This document shows positions 25,710-37,939 of a stretch of 64,000 nt of DNA, piece by piece. The DNA comes from Guillardia theta CCMP2712 (taxonomy: Eukaryota > Protista > Cryptophyta), in assembly GCF_000315625.1 (NCBI RefSeq), contig NW_005434600.1, forward strand, positions 91,515 to 155,514. Reading direction: 5' to 3'. Within the stretch, counting starts at the first letter, position 1. Each line of letters opens with the position of its first letter. The notes beneath the pieces are model-generated. The model worked only from the letters and a program-made list of their open reading frames with translations. It ran no database searches and was not told the DNA's origin. The position numbers and the translations under genes were made by a program.

Positions 25710-27741
25710 GCAGTAATAGCAGCGGCGGCGGCAGTAGCAACTGAAGAAGACGAAGAAGAAGCAGCAGCAGCGATAAAGGTACAGGAGAGGAAGCGAGCTA
25801 GGTACCTTGAGAATTTTCCTCCATTCTTGTTTCTCTTCTTCCCCTGGCAGAAGATCAATCGCAAATCAAGAAGCGCGATAGAACAAAAGCAGAAGACATT
25901 AGAGATGAGACGGAGGTCGATCAACAACAAGATAGCAATGATAAACGATCTGATACCAATACAACACAGCACAATCAGTTTCCCAACAATCAGTTTTCAA
26001 AAAAGGTCAAGTATGATCAACAAGCATCATGACTGCGGTGAAGGGAAGCATTCATATCAACTGTTCCTTGTGTTTTTCCTGCACTTTCTCCTCCTCCTCC
26101 TGCGCTTCCTCCTGCTTACCTTCAAGAATTTTGCAGTCGGTGATTTCTCCCAAAACTTCAATGCTCTGGCCCCCTGCTTCATGTCAGCCAAAAGACCTCC
26201 TCCTCCTCCTCCTCCTCCTCCTCCTCCTCCTCCTCCATCCCCCCCCCCCACCTGATGCACGACCAATAACATTGACAGTGGTGGGGTCATAGGCAGAGGC
26301 AGGGGCAGGTGCAGGGGGAGCTTGACAACGAGGGAAGGAGAAAGGGAGAGAGGGCGCGCTTAAACAGTCAGGCAGGGCTCAAAACAGCAAGCTGATACCC
26401 CTTCCTCAGACCTCAGGCTCTTTCCGAGGTTCCCGGCTGCCCCATGTGCTCAGTGCCTGTCCCCCCCGCTGTTCATGCCGAATGGAAGCAATCGTTGCAT
26501 GTCCGATGGGACATGCACGCGTCCAACCACGGGATGAGGTATTTCCCTCTTCCTTCCTTGATTCCTGCCCTCTGCCCCTGCGGGGAGTTCTTGCTGATCT
26601 CCTCTCCTGTTCCTGTCCCTGCCCCTCTCCCTTCCCATGTATTCCTGTTCCTCCTCCTTCCCTGTTCTTGATAACGTTTCTTACTCCCATCTGCTCCTGC
26701 TGTTATGTTTTCCTCTTCCCTGCCACTCTCGCTGAATATCTTACTGCCCGTCCGCATCCTCTGCTGCTCCTCCGCCTGCCGCCTCACCGCGCGACTCGCA
26801 GCANNNNNNNNNNNNNNNNNNNNNNNNNNNNNNNNNNNNNNNNNNNNNNNNNNNNNNNNNNNNNNNNNNNNNNNNNNNNNNNNNNNNNNNNNNNNNNNNN
26901 NNNAATCCGGCCCCCCCAACGGCCCCAAAACCCCCCCCGGGTCCTGCTCGCTTCATGTCAGCCAAAGAACCTCCTCCTCCTCCTCCTCCTCCTCCTCCTC
27001 CTCCTCCATCCCCCCCCCCACCCCCCACCCCTTCTCTTGCTCTCCTCTGCCACTGTTCCTCCTCCCTCTCTGTTCCTTCTCCCTCACCTGATCCTCGCAG
27101 ACTCGACAAGAGCTTCTCAGCGTCTGCCTTGTCGCTCATCCTTGCGCACGCTGCAATGTGTCTGATCACGAGAGGAGAGAGGGCAGGGGAGGAAATGAGG
27201 AGCAGGGAGGAGAAGAGGGTAGATGGGAAGGAGGTGGGAGAGGAGCAGAGAGAAGAGGAAGAGGATGAGGATGAGGATGAGGGAGAAAATCAGGATCAGG
27301 ATCAGCACCAGGAGCAGGATCAGGAGCAGGCGGGGGAGCAGGATCAGGACAGGATTGTTTTTACCTTTTCCAGTATCTCCTTCATATTCGAGGAAAGCGA
27401 CGGAAGCGACTCCTGTTGGCGAGCAACCAAATCTTGAGCAGACGGAAAAGAAGAGAAGGAGAAAGAAGAAGAGGAGAAAGAAGAAGAGGAAAAGAATGAA
27501 ATGGTGAGATTGGGCAGGGACAGGAATATCAAGGAGATGAGATATAGGTACGAAAAGGAGGAAAAGCAAGGGAACCAAGAGACGAGAAGCAAGAAAACAG
27601 GACGAGACCTTAGAAACAGGACGAGAAGAACGAGGAGGAGGAAGAAGAGGGAAAGGGGCGGGGGGGGAAGACGAGGACGAGGACGGGGACAAGGACGAGG
27701 ACAAGGACAAGGGCAAGGGCAAGGACGAGGAGGGGCGCATT

Positions 27742-27789
<48 letters not shown>

Positions 27790-28262
27790 TTGAAAAACGA
27801 GAATTTTTACCTGCAACAGCACGTCGTATGGCACGGAAATCAAGTCTTGCAGCAATCTTGAGAAGAAAAGAGTCAGGAGAAGTGAAAAGATAACGGAGCA
27901 AAGAGACAAGGCAGGAAAATGACTGAACATGGAAGGAAAGGGAAGAGATAGAGGAACGAGAGGAGGAGAAAGTCGGAGGAGGAGACGTGGGGGTGGAAGG
28001 AGGAGACAGAGGCAAGGGCGTGATATACAAATCAGAACAGAGAAAACAAGGAGAAGTTTGTAGTATTGACAAGACAGGCTTGCAGGGATGATGTTGAAAA
28101 GGAGGATGGAGCAAGAAAACCTCAGGTTTGAGCTGAAACTTGACCAGCAGCCCTGTCTCATAGTCCTTCCCTGGCTGAAAGAAGAGGAATGAGAAGAGGA
28201 GGAGCAAGATGAGGAGCGTAGTTGGAGGGGTAGGAGAGGAGCAGCGGCGAGGAGCAGCGGCG

Positions 28263-28303
<41 letters not shown>

Positions 28304-28345
28304 GATTGATAGGCAGGAGCTGGAGCTGGAGCTGGAGCTGGAGCT

Positions 28346-28385
<40 letters not shown>

Positions 28386-31300
28386 AGGGAGCAGGAGCAG
28401 GAGAGGGAGCAGGAGCAGCGGCAAGGAGCAGGAGCAGGGGAACGGGAACGGGAACGGAGAAGGAGAAAGTGAATGACCACGAGAGACTCGATAGAGATGG
28501 ATGCTTCTTGATCTATCTCATTGCTGCTGCTCTCAAACATCCGACGAATTCTTTTGCCCTGCCGAGATACCTCTCAGCTCCTCTTGTGGTCCTTCCCATA
28601 ACCTCGTCGTTCTCTTCTTGTCCTGTCCTTGAGGATCTCCTTTCCCTTCCTCCACATCTCCTCTCTCCCCCTCTCTTCTTCTCTCTTCGCTTTTCTCCTC
28701 CCCTCCCCTCTCCTCTCCTCTCCTCTCCTCTCCTCTCCTCTCCTCTCCTCTCCTCTCCTCTCCTCTCCTCTCCTCTCCTCTCCTCTCCTCTTCCTCTCCT
28801 CCCCTACTCTCTCCTCCGCTTCTCCTCTCCTCTCCTCTCCTCTCCTCTCCTCTCCTCTCCTCTCCTCTCCTCTCCTCTCCTCTCCTCTCCTTACCTGCAT
28901 GATGTTGGCCCAGTACAGCTCCTCTTCCTTTCCGTGCAAAACTGTAACAATTCTTTGAATCTTCTCACAACATCATAGTGACGCGAACCGACAACTTCAA
29001 TCTGACAAGATCCCAGGCGTTGTTTCCTATCCTGCAACAGACACACTGTGAGTGCAAAAACTACAAACATCTCAAGAAAAATTCTGAGCAACAAGAAGAA
29101 AGAAAACACGAAAAGACTCCCAACTGAATCGTTTCAAGAGCATCGAGGCATGCAACACATCGATTGTCAGAGATGAAAGGTTGTTACTCTAATGGAGTTA
29201 CGAACAACAACTTTCTCTCAACAAGTCACCACACATCTCAAAACAATACATCCAACAGGAGATCCAACAGGTACCTTCATGTGTGTCAAACACAACCGCG
29301 CCCCCTTCGCGTCGTCAAAACGAACATTCCCAAAGAATTTCTGCAGCAATTCTCACAAAGGGCCGAGTGAAAACGATCGTCACCTGCTCTCCAGCTCCCT
29401 TCTCACTGATGGTAGTGACGTCCCATGCTCTAGCAGGCAAATCAATAGGTCAAGATATCAGCTACACGTGCACACTTTATGGGAGCAAAGGCCTCGAAAG
29501 TTTCCTTAACCTGTCGAACAGAAATCAAGAAGGGAGGAGGACGAGGATTGTGGTCAGTAGACGAGAGTAAGCGCGAGGAGGAGCGGGGAAAGGAGAAGAG
29601 TAGGAGGAGACCAGGAGGAGGAGGAGAGTGAGCGGGAGGAGCTCCATGAAGAGAGGAATGAGCACGACGAGGGCGTGGCGAGGACGAGGACGAGATGGAT
29701 GACAAAGAAGAAGAGGAAAAGGGAGAGGAGGAGGAGGAGNNNNNNNNNNNNNNNNNNNNNNNNNNNNNNNNNNNNNNNNNNNNNNNNNNNNNNNNNNNNN
29801 NNNNNNNNNNNNNNNNNNNNNNNNNNNNNNNNNNNNNNNCGGAGCGGAGACTGAGAGAGTGGGAGAGTGGGAGAGTGGGAGAGCGAGAGAGGGGAGGGGA
29901 GGGGAGGGGAGGGGAGGATGTTGTGTGTGCGTGTGCGCGTGTGTGTGTTTGTCATACTTTGGATGACGTTGGCGTGACTCCAATACCCGAGAAACGGAGA
30001 ACGAGGCCCTGGAAGGGGGGATGAGAAGTGAAGCGAGAGGGAGGAGGCTACAGGGTCGAAGAGACGGTGAGGGCGAGTCTCCTCCAAGTGCTGCTGCTGC
30101 TGCTGCTTGCGATACTCCAGCTTGCTTCTCTCCCACTCCTCCTGCCATGCCAACATGAGGGAGGGAGGGAGAGACGGGGGGAGGAAGCATGGGAGGGAAG
30201 AGGGCACGGGGATCAGAAAGGGGAGGCAGGGAGAAACGTATGGGAAGTAGGCAGAGAGCAACGGAGGAAAGGATGGAGATAGTGGAGACGGAGGAAGAGG
30301 AGATGGATCAGAGAGGAGAGAGGGAGGAGGCGGAGGAGAGGAGGCGGAGGAAGAGGAGAGACTGAGGAGAGGAGAGACGGAGGAGAGGGAGGGAGAAACT
30401 AAGCCCCGATCTCAGTCACCTTCTCCAAGGCCTTCAAGAAACTCTCGCAGTCCTTGGACAGCTTCTGCTGCTCCTCCTTTATGCTTCCAACAGCTTTCTT
30501 TGCCTCCTCCACATGCTCAAACTCCACAAAACAGAACCCTTTCGTCTTGCCAGGATTTCCGTCCTGGTCTTTGAACCTAGGCAGGTTCAGAGTCTCTAAA
30601 CACTATGTGAAGCCCGAATAGAAACTACACATCCTCCTCTCTCCAGCTTCTTCCAGCCATACTGGGGACCTAAACTTGATATTTCACATCCCCCTCCTGA
30701 ATACTTTCTAAGCTAATATCCTCCTCACTTCCATGTTCAACAATGCTGACTCTGCCAGTATCTTTGCCTGTTGTGCTCCGATGGTGCTGGTTACTGCAAC
30801 TTTAGTTTCCTCTCCTCGTCAACTCTTGCACGAGTTTCCTTTCATCCACCTTCGTCTCTTCTCTCTTCTTCCCTCCCCTCTCTCCTCTCCTCCCGTCCTC
30901 TTCATTCTCCGCTTCTCCTCTCTTTACCTTGGGAGACTGACGTAGCAAACTTTTCCCCACTTTGACATGAAGCTGCTGATCTCCTCGTGTGTAGAAGATG
31001 GAGCAATCCCCTCAACATAGATCGTCCTCGGCCTGGTGTCATCGAGCCGAGGGAGAGGCTTCAACCGTCCTGCCAACCTCCTCAACCACAACCAACACAA
31101 CTACACTCATTGCGAGCACAACACCTATTCTCTTCCCGTCTTCGCTCACCCGCAGCTCCTTGCTTGTCTTTGCTGCATCTCGAATCGTCTCCTCGTTGCC
31201 ATCGGTGAGCACCTTGAGCTTGTTGAAGGTTTTCAGCACCTCAATGGGAACGAGCCTGTGAAACAGCAGCATCAGTTTTTCCTCCCCATCCTCCGCGATA

Positions 31301-31510
31301 GCAGGACCCCAGGTCGTCTTTCTCGATAGCCTCCTTCAGGAAACGATCTTTCAGCAGGTTGCTGTCCCCGAAGTAAAACTGAGCACAGAGCGAGCGAGCT
31401 CGGTCAGACTGCTGCTGCCACCTCCACACTAGCAGCGTCATCATCACCTCCAATAGAGACTTGGTCTTCTCGACTACGTCGTCTCTGTCTTGTTGACAAT
31501 CCTTGGCCAT
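24954..31510 (-). CDS. LARP7: LARP7-like La-related protein: La motif, RRM1 and apparently two xRRMs (spans two gaps)
   Basis: KSLLE|FYFGDSNLLKDRFLKEAI...VLKTFNKLKVLT (La motif); RSIYVEG...VSLP|RFK...KGFCFVEFE (RRM1); EEWERSKLEY linker; helices LHGKEEELYWANIM (about 28895-28940) and ILEGEEEKQEWRKILK (about 25805-26130). 3' end approximate. Confidence 0.8.
25255..25710. repeat. Intronic (CCTGCY)n hexamer and (GAT)n arrays
   Basis: Directly visible; they generate spurious poly-PA, poly-H and poly-S ORFs. Confidence 0.95.
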
Positions 31511-32864
31511 GCCCTTACAGGCTGCAAGCTGCTGCAGACATAAGACAGATATCTCGAGTCGATGGAACAAGGGACGAGCAGAGGAGATAGGAAGGGGTGT
31601 GCAAAATGAGCAAGGAGGAGAAGAGAGGGGGAAAGGAAGGAGAAGCCGAGAAGGGAAGCCAGTTGAGGCAAGATAGGACAGAGTAAGAAATCTAGATCGA
31701 CTGCATTCGTCCCTGTCCCCTTCTCTTCCTTCTTTCCTCCCTCTCCATCCCTCGTTGTCCCTCCCCCCACACACCTCCCTCACCCCCTCCCGATTTTCAC
31801 TTCCAATTCCTTCCTCCCCCACTTTCATTGTCATTCATCCTTGCCTATAATCCAACCTGCAGGCTCACTGTTCCTTCCCTCTCTCCTCTACCCTCTCCTC
31901 TTCTCTCCTCCCCGCCCCACTANNNNNNNNNNNNNNNNNNNNNNNNNNNNNNNNNNNNNNNNNNNNNNNNNNNNNNNNNNNNNNNNNNNNNNNNNNNNNN
32001 NNNNNNNNNNNNNNNNNNNNNNGTGGGGGAGGGGGGGGGGTGAAGGAGGATCGCCATGGGCTCCCCATGGGCGCATGTTATATGTTTTGAGGCGGGCCCG
32101 ACTTTTATTGTTGAGCCGTCGAAATTCGCCAATCATGCTCGTAGCAGTTCGGATGCAGAACATGATTGAACTTGGGCAATCAGTAGAGTTCTGCAAGCAT
32201 TGCTACGTTTTGACGATGAGCTATGACGATCAATACGATGAGCTACTTGTGTCAATGATTCATATTCCGTATTGCTAGTGTGAGTTGAAAGATGCTCTTT
32301 GATTTCTTGCGCTCTAGGGTAATGTTTGTTGTGTTGATAGATGAGCTCTTCAGCCACCTCTGGCGAAAAGATGACTATCTCTGAACCAAGCTCACAAGAG
32401 TCTTTAGAAACGTTGCAAAGTTTGTGAAATTTACGGAAAGGAATAGTGTAGATGTATCAGAGGAATAAAAAATTGGTGCACATGAAGGGAAGAACGAAGG
32501 AGACCAAGGAAACAGAGGCTGGCAGGCAAAGCAGGCAACGAGTGTCGGAATGAGCGCTGGTAGGAAAGGGAACAGCAGGCGGAGGAGGAGGGAGAGTATG
32601 ACGACCAACAAGAGGACCAGAGAAGGCAGAGGGAAGGGAAGAGGGGAGGGAGAGAGGGGAGGGAGAGAGGGGAGGGAGAGAGGGAGGGGAGGGAGAGAGG
32701 GGGGTACGCCGACTTGAGGAATTGACATGAAATATTCTACATTCACGATTGGTCACTGTTTTCCTGTAGCCTGAATTCGGATAGGTGTGTCAGCCGTAAC
32801 GCGTCCAAGCAGGCAAAGGTGGTGTTCATAGTACCAGGTTAGCCTATCATAGCCTCACTTGCAG

Positions 32865-35800
32865 TCACTGCGACACAAGTTGTTGAGCGACACTGAGTTG
32901 GTGAACCTCAAATGCTCTTCTTGCCATGTCCATCCCATCAAGACTTGCGACACGTTGCCGGATCCCAGCGTTGTTGTTTGACATGCTGATCAGAGCTCTG
33001 CAAGCTGCCTCCTGTAGCCCCGCGTTCTCCCCGTGTTGCTGCATCGCTCTTACTACCGCCTCCACCCCTCCCGCCGCATCTGCCTTGACCTTGTTCTCTT
33101 TGTTGCCAGCAGTCAGTCTGTGCAGAGATTTGCAAGCTGCCTCTTGTACTGCCGCGTGATTCCCATGCTTCTCCATCGCCCTCACCACCGCCTCGACCCC
33201 TCCTGCCTTGTTCGCCCTTTCCTGAGTCTTCCTGTTGCCAGCAGTCATGCTGCCCAGAGCCCCGCACGCTGCCTCCTGCACTTCTGGATTTTCCCTGTAA
33301 ATCTCCATACCCATGACCACTACCTCCATCGCTCCTGCAAATCCTGCCCTGTCCTGGCTTTCTTCGTTTCGGTCCGTAATCGTGATCAGAGCCCTGCTGC
33401 CTTGTACCTGTACCTCTACACACTTCAAGAGTCTCCTCATTGCCTTGACCACCTCGTTGACTACATCAGCCCACCCCAACTCAACTTGGATCTCGGGATC
33501 TGCTGCTAGGCTGACCAACAGCCTAAACCCGGTAACTACCAGCTCAGATTCCGTGTTGTACTCAAACAGATTATGGACCATATCTCGGATACGAACAGAC
33601 GATTTTCTTATCTTGTTCAAGTTCTTGGCGTTGCCGGCAACCATGCTCTCCAGAGCTCTGAACACAAACTTTTTGTCTGTGTCGTTATACACATACTTTG
33701 TCGAATTCTTCATTGCCACTTCAATGCCGCCCGCCGCCTCCGCCTTGTCCTGATTGTCACTATTCCCAGCCGTCATGCTGTCCAGAGCTCTAAAGGCTGC
33801 GGCGCGTACAGATCTGTGACTCCATTTTTCTATTGTCTGCACGACCGCTTCGATCCCTCCTGCCGCCCCTGCCCTGCACTGGTTCTCTGCATTGCCAGCA
33901 GTCATGCTCTCAAGAGCATTGAGCCTTTCCTTCTGTAGCGCCACAGTGGAGTCATGATTAGGAGCCTCAGGATCTTCGTGGGGCAACAGGGTCCCCAATG
34001 ATACCACCAGCTCAATCGCTTTCGCCGCTGCTGCCTTGATCTGATTTTCCTTGTTTCCTGAAGTCATGCTGCTCAGGGCCTTGCAAGCAGTCTCCTGAAT
34101 CCCAAGTGATTTCTTGTACGATCGCATGGCTTTCACAACTGCCTCGATTCCTCCCGCTCTCCCTGCCCTGTCCTGATTATCTTTGTTGCCACGGGTCATG
34201 CCGTCCAGAGCACGGCACGCCGACAGTTGTAACTGTGAATCATCAAGGCTGACTTCACTCATTCCCGTAACAACCGCCTCAATCGCTCCAGCCGCCGCTG
34301 CCCTGACCTGATTCTCCTTGTTGCCATCAATAACAAAGGCTAACGCACTGTACACCGACTGTTTCACATAGTCACCATCCCCATGTTGCTCCAACGTCCT
34401 CATTAATGCCTCAATCCCTCCAGCCGCCGCTGCCCTTTTCTTATTCTCTTCGTTGTCAGCTACTATGTTGCCAAGGGCGTTGCACGCTGCGTCGTATGGA
34501 TACTGGTCGTCCCCAGACATCCCCATCATCCTCACTACCGCCTCAATCCCTCCCACTGCCCTTACTCTGTCCTGGTTCTCCTCGTTGTAGGATGTCAAGC
34601 TTTCTAATGCCCTGCATGCTGCGACACGAACATCTTCGTTCTCCATAAACTTTTCCAACGCCCTCGCTGTCGCCTCGATCCCCCCCGCATCACGTGCTCT
34701 TTGCTGGTTTTCTTTAACTTCGGCCAAGAAGTATAAGGCGTTGCTTCCTTCTTGCTGCACCATCGGGTGATCGACATGCCTTAGCATCCCCCTGATCACT
34801 ACCTCAATCCCTCCTTCTCGTCCAACGAGTCCGCAGTCCTGAGACGTACGTCCCTCAGTCATGATGTACAGGGCCTTGAACGCTGCATACAGCACCTCCG
34901 CGTTTTCCATGTGAACCTCGGCACTCCTGGTAACAATGGAAATGCCATCCAAGTCAATCGCTTTACCTTGGTTCACTTCGTTCTGGAAAGTTAAGGTGCA
35001 CAGAGCCAAGCATGCAGCCTCCTGAACTCCTGCGTGCTGCCAGTTCTTTTCCATGCTATTCAAGGTTGCCGAGATGATCTCATCTTCTTCTGCCTCGGCT
35101 TGATAATCGTCGCAGTATGGGATCGTGGATGCCAATACCCTCAACGCTGCTTCGTGTACATCCGCACCCCACTCCTCATTTTCAATAATACTGGCAACAT
35201 GAACATACCATTCTTCGTCATTTGCCCGTTCGATCAATTCACAGTTGTCTTTCGTCATGCTTATGAACGCCTTGCATGCGCCTTCTTTTGTGTCTTCGAA
35301 CTTTGAACACATTTTATCCAAGACAACCTGAACTCCTCCTGCCTCTCCCGCCCTCATCTGATTCATCTTGTTGCCATCCGTTAAAATGGCTAACAATTCC
35401 AAAGCTGGATACATCATATACGGGATATCAAAAAAACGTTTGATTCCCTCAAGAACTTCTTTGATAGCTCCAGCCTCTCCAGCCTTGTCCTGATTTTCTG
35501 AGCAATCAGCAACCAAGGACTGCATGGCGTCGATCGCGTATTCCCAGTACGTCGATTTGAACCCATGCTTCTTCATCCCCTTGACAACTGCTTCGATCCC
35601 TCCCGCCGCCCCCGCTCTGACCCGATTCTCCTTGTCTCCAGAAGTCATGCTCCTCAGGGCCCTGCAGGTTGACTTCTGTACCTTCAAATCCCTCCTATGC
35701 CTCACCATCGCCCTCACTACCCCCTCAATCCCACCAGCCGCCGCCGCCCTGATCTGATTCTCTTGGTTGCCGCCCGTAAAGCTGTCTAGAGCCCTGCCCG

Positions 35801-37898
35801 CCATCAGTTGTACCCCTTTGTGCTCTTTATGCTCCTCCATCGCCTTCACTACTGCCTCTACCCCTCCCGCTGCTCCTGCCCTGACTTGATTCTCTTTAAT
35901 TTTCTCATTCCACTTCTTTCCAGCCCCGAAAATCATGCTGCCGAGAGCATTGCACGCTGCCTCCTGCAACTCTGAATCCTCCGTGTGCTTCTCCATCGCC
36001 CTTACTATCGCTTCCATCCCTCCCTTCTCCCCCGCCATGATCTGATTCTTAGTGTCGCTCACAGCCATATTGCTAAGGGCCTGGCACGCTGCCTTCAGTA
36101 CCGCTGCATTCTCCCCGTGTTGCTCCATTGCTCTTAAAACGGACTTCATCCTTCCGTCCGCCACTGCCTCTGCAAGAATCTCTTTGTAAAAAGTCATGTT
36201 GCCCAGAGCCCTGCAAGCTGCCTCCTGTACCCCCGCATGCGCCGCATGCTTTTCCATTGCCCTTACTACCGCCTCCATCCCTCCCGCCTCGCTCACTCTG
36301 ACCTCGTTCTTGCTCTTTTGAACAGTCATAACGCTCAGGAACTTGCACGCAGCCTCCTGCATCTCCGCAATCTCCTCGTGCTTCAACATCCCATTGACCG
36401 CTATTTCAATCGCTCCTGTATTCACTACGTCCAAGTCATTGATGGTGGCTCTGCTGATCATGCTTGTTAGTAGCTTTAAGCCTTGCTTCTGCACCCCGGC
36501 ATGCTCCAAATTCCGCCCCATTCCCCAGACAACTGCCTCGATGCCCCCTGCTCTCCTCACTTGCATCGGGTTTTTTTCGTCGCAGCTTATCAAGCTGTCC
36601 AAGGCCATAAATCCTGCCTCCTGCACTCCTACATCTTCCTTGTGGGATCTCATCTCGCAAATCACCATGGCAACGCTTTGATTGAACTCCTCGCCTTGGC
36701 AACTGACGACTTCTTCGGAAATCTTCCTTAGTTTCGCGCATCTGTCCTCATCCCCTTCATTTTCACCACTGGCCCTTTTGCGCTTGTTCATCTCTGATCC
36801 CTCCCCTCGCAAATTGCCCATACTCACCACCAACTCAGAGAACTTAGGGCGGTTCTCGTCGTTTTCCTTCCAGCAGCATTGAACCAGCTCCCAGACCCTG
36901 TCAGGACATCCTTCGTCTATCTCTTCCCTTCGCAGCCGCCCACCATCGCACACATATGCAGACACACTTTCATCGTCTGCAATGTGAAAGTAAGGGGTCT
37001 TGCCTGAAGTCATGATCTCCCAACACGTTACGCCGAACGCCCACACGTCGCTCTTCTCCGTGTATTGCCTCTTCTTGATCGCCTCGGGTGACATGTAGCG
37101 AACTGGCCGACCATTGGTATTAAACGACAGCCGTCCATTCATAATTGCTTCCATGCTGTAAGTGCAATGGTTGCTTCCTGTTAACAGCCCGTAGTCCGCC
37201 ACCTTTACAGAGGTCTTCTCCGCATCCTTCTGGTTGAAGCCGAAGAGCAGCACGCTCCGTGTTGAGAGATCTTGGTGCAAGACACCATTCTCTGCAAGAA
37301 ACTCCATGCCCTGCGCGATTTGCTGCATCATCACTGCCTTGTGCTCCCAGGAGATCTGACCCTCGAGGTTCTCGAAGGCGCCATGGAGGGTCCCAAACTC
37401 GGCAAACTCCCTCAGCAGCAGGAACCAGCCGTTGTCATCACACCGCCCCATGTACCTTGCGAGTCGAGGATGCCGACCGAGCTGCGGAAATTTCCCTGAT
37501 TCCATTGGACCGGCTTGCTTCTTCACCTTGAGCACTGCCACTGGCACTCGCCGAGGCTGCTCCCCTTGCCCGCGCACATGGAGATGTCCCTTGTAGACGA
37601 TCTTGAGAGAGCTCACAGAGATGGGCTGCTGCTCGATCTCAAATTCGCTCCTCGAGATCAAATGCGCCCGGTGCTCCTTCCACTCTTGGATGGCATTGCG
37701 GAGATTGTGATTGGGGATGAGCCCGCTGCCTTGGAGGGGCATTCCAGTCATGGGGCTGACGGTGTTGGACTGCAGCCAGGTCTCGATGGAGGATCTCTCG
37801 TAGGTGAAGCCGTCAGAGCAGGTGACTGGGTTGTTCATGAGCGCCATGCTGATGGGGCAGAAGAAGGAGGGAAGCGTCGCTTGCTCATCGTCGGCCAT
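32865..37898 (-). CDS. Intronless 1677-aa U-box + tyrosine-kinase-like domain + long ARM-repeat array
   Basis: U-box PSFFCPISMALMNNPVTCSDGFTYERSSIETWL...LIPNHNLRNAIQEW. Kinase HQDLSTRSVLL, VKVADYGL, RPVRYMSPEA, KSDVWAFGVTCWEIMTSGKTPY. Then roughly 28-30 repeats of about 44 aa (ENQxRAGAAGGIEAVVxAM...VQEAACRAL). Confidence 0.93.
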   Translation of the reverse strand: MADDEQATLPSFFCPISMALMNNPVTCSDGFTYERSSIETWLQSNTVSPMTGMPLQGSGLIPNHNLRNAIQEWKEHRAHLISRSEFEIEQQPISVSSLKIVYKGHLHVRGQGEQPRRVPVAVLKVKKQAGPMESGKFPQLGRHPRLARYMGRCDDNGWFLLLREFAEFGTLHGAFENLEGQISWEHKAVMMQQIAQGMEFLAENGVLHQDLSTRSVLLFGFNQKDAEKTSVKVADYGLLTGSNHCTYSMEAIMNGRLSFNTNGRPVRYMSPEAIKKRQYTEKSDVWAFGVTCWEIMTSGKTPYFHIADDESVSAYVCDGGRLRREEIDEGCPDRVWELVQCCWKENDENRPKFSELVVSMGNLRGEGSEMNKRKRASGENEGDEDRCAKLRKISEEVVSCQGEEFNQSVAMVICEMRSHKEDVGVQEAGFMALDSLISCDEKNPMQVRRAGGIEAVVWGMGRNLEHAGVQKQGLKLLTSMISRATINDLDVVNTGAIEIAVNGMLKHEEIAEMQEAACKFLSVMTVQKSKNEVRVSEAGGMEAVVRAMEKHAAHAGVQEAACRALGNMTFYKEILAEAVADGRMKSVLRAMEQHGENAAVLKAACQALSNMAVSDTKNQIMAGEKGGMEAIVRAMEKHTEDSELQEAACNALGSMIFGAGKKWNEKIKENQVRAGAAGGVEAVVKAMEEHKEHKGVQLMAGRALDSFTGGNQENQIRAAAAGGIEGVVRAMVRHRRDLKVQKSTCRALRSMTSGDKENRVRAGAAGGIEAVVKGMKKHGFKSTYWEYAIDAMQSLVADCSENQDKAGEAGAIKEVLEGIKRFFDIPYMMYPALELLAILTDGNKMNQMRAGEAGGVQVVLDKMCSKFEDTKEGACKAFISMTKDNCELIERANDEEWYVHVASIIENEEWGADVHEAALRVLASTIPYCDDYQAEAEEDEIISATLNSMEKNWQHAGVQEAACLALCTLTFQNEVNQGKAIDLDGISIVTRSAEVHMENAEVLYAAFKALYIMTEGRTSQDCGLVGREGGIEVVIRGMLRHVDHPMVQQEGSNALYFLAEVKENQQRARDAGGIEATARALEKFMENEDVRVAACRALESLTSYNEENQDRVRAVGGIEAVVRMMGMSGDDQYPYDAACNALGNIVADNEENKKRAAAAGGIEALMRTLEQHGDGDYVKQSVYSALAFVIDGNKENQVRAAAAGAIEAVVTGMSEVSLDDSQLQLSACRALDGMTRGNKDNQDRAGRAGGIEAVVKAMRSYKKSLGIQETACKALSSMTSGNKENQIKAAAAKAIELVVSLGTLLPHEDPEAPNHDSTVALQKERLNALESMTAGNAENQCRAGAAGGIEAVVQTIEKWSHRSVRAAAFRALDSMTAGNSDNQDKAEAAGGIEVAMKNSTKYVYNDTDKKFVFRALESMVAGNAKNLNKIRKSSVRIRDMVHNLFEYNTESELVVTGFRLLVSLAADPEIQVELGWADVVNEVVKAMRRLLKCVEVQVQGSRALITITDRNEESQDRAGFAGAMEVVVMGMEIYRENPEVQEAACGALGSMTAGNRKTQERANKAGGVEAVVRAMEKHGNHAAVQEAACKSLHRLTAGNKENKVKADAAGGVEAVVRAMQQHGENAGLQEAACRALISMSNNNAGIRQRVASLDGMDMARRAFEVHQLSVAQQLVSQ

Positions 37899-37939
37899 GA
37901 TGCAAGTAGAGAATGGCGGGAGAAGTGGTTTGGTGATAT

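Noticed and set aside
26176-27025. Duplicated GCTTCATGTCAGCCAAA..(CCT)n segment either side of a gap
   Set aside because: The second copy sits in low-quality sequence next to Ns and cannot be separated from an assembly artefact.
24949-28978. Long ORFs with poly-PA, poly-L, poly-H, QE and SSPLL runs
   Set aside because: Translations of intronic microsatellites inside the LARP7-like gene.
32100-32800. Exon-like fragments between the LARP7-like and U-box genes (also about 8760-9276 and 17900-18455)
   Set aside because: I could not build a coherent spliced product or recognise a motif.
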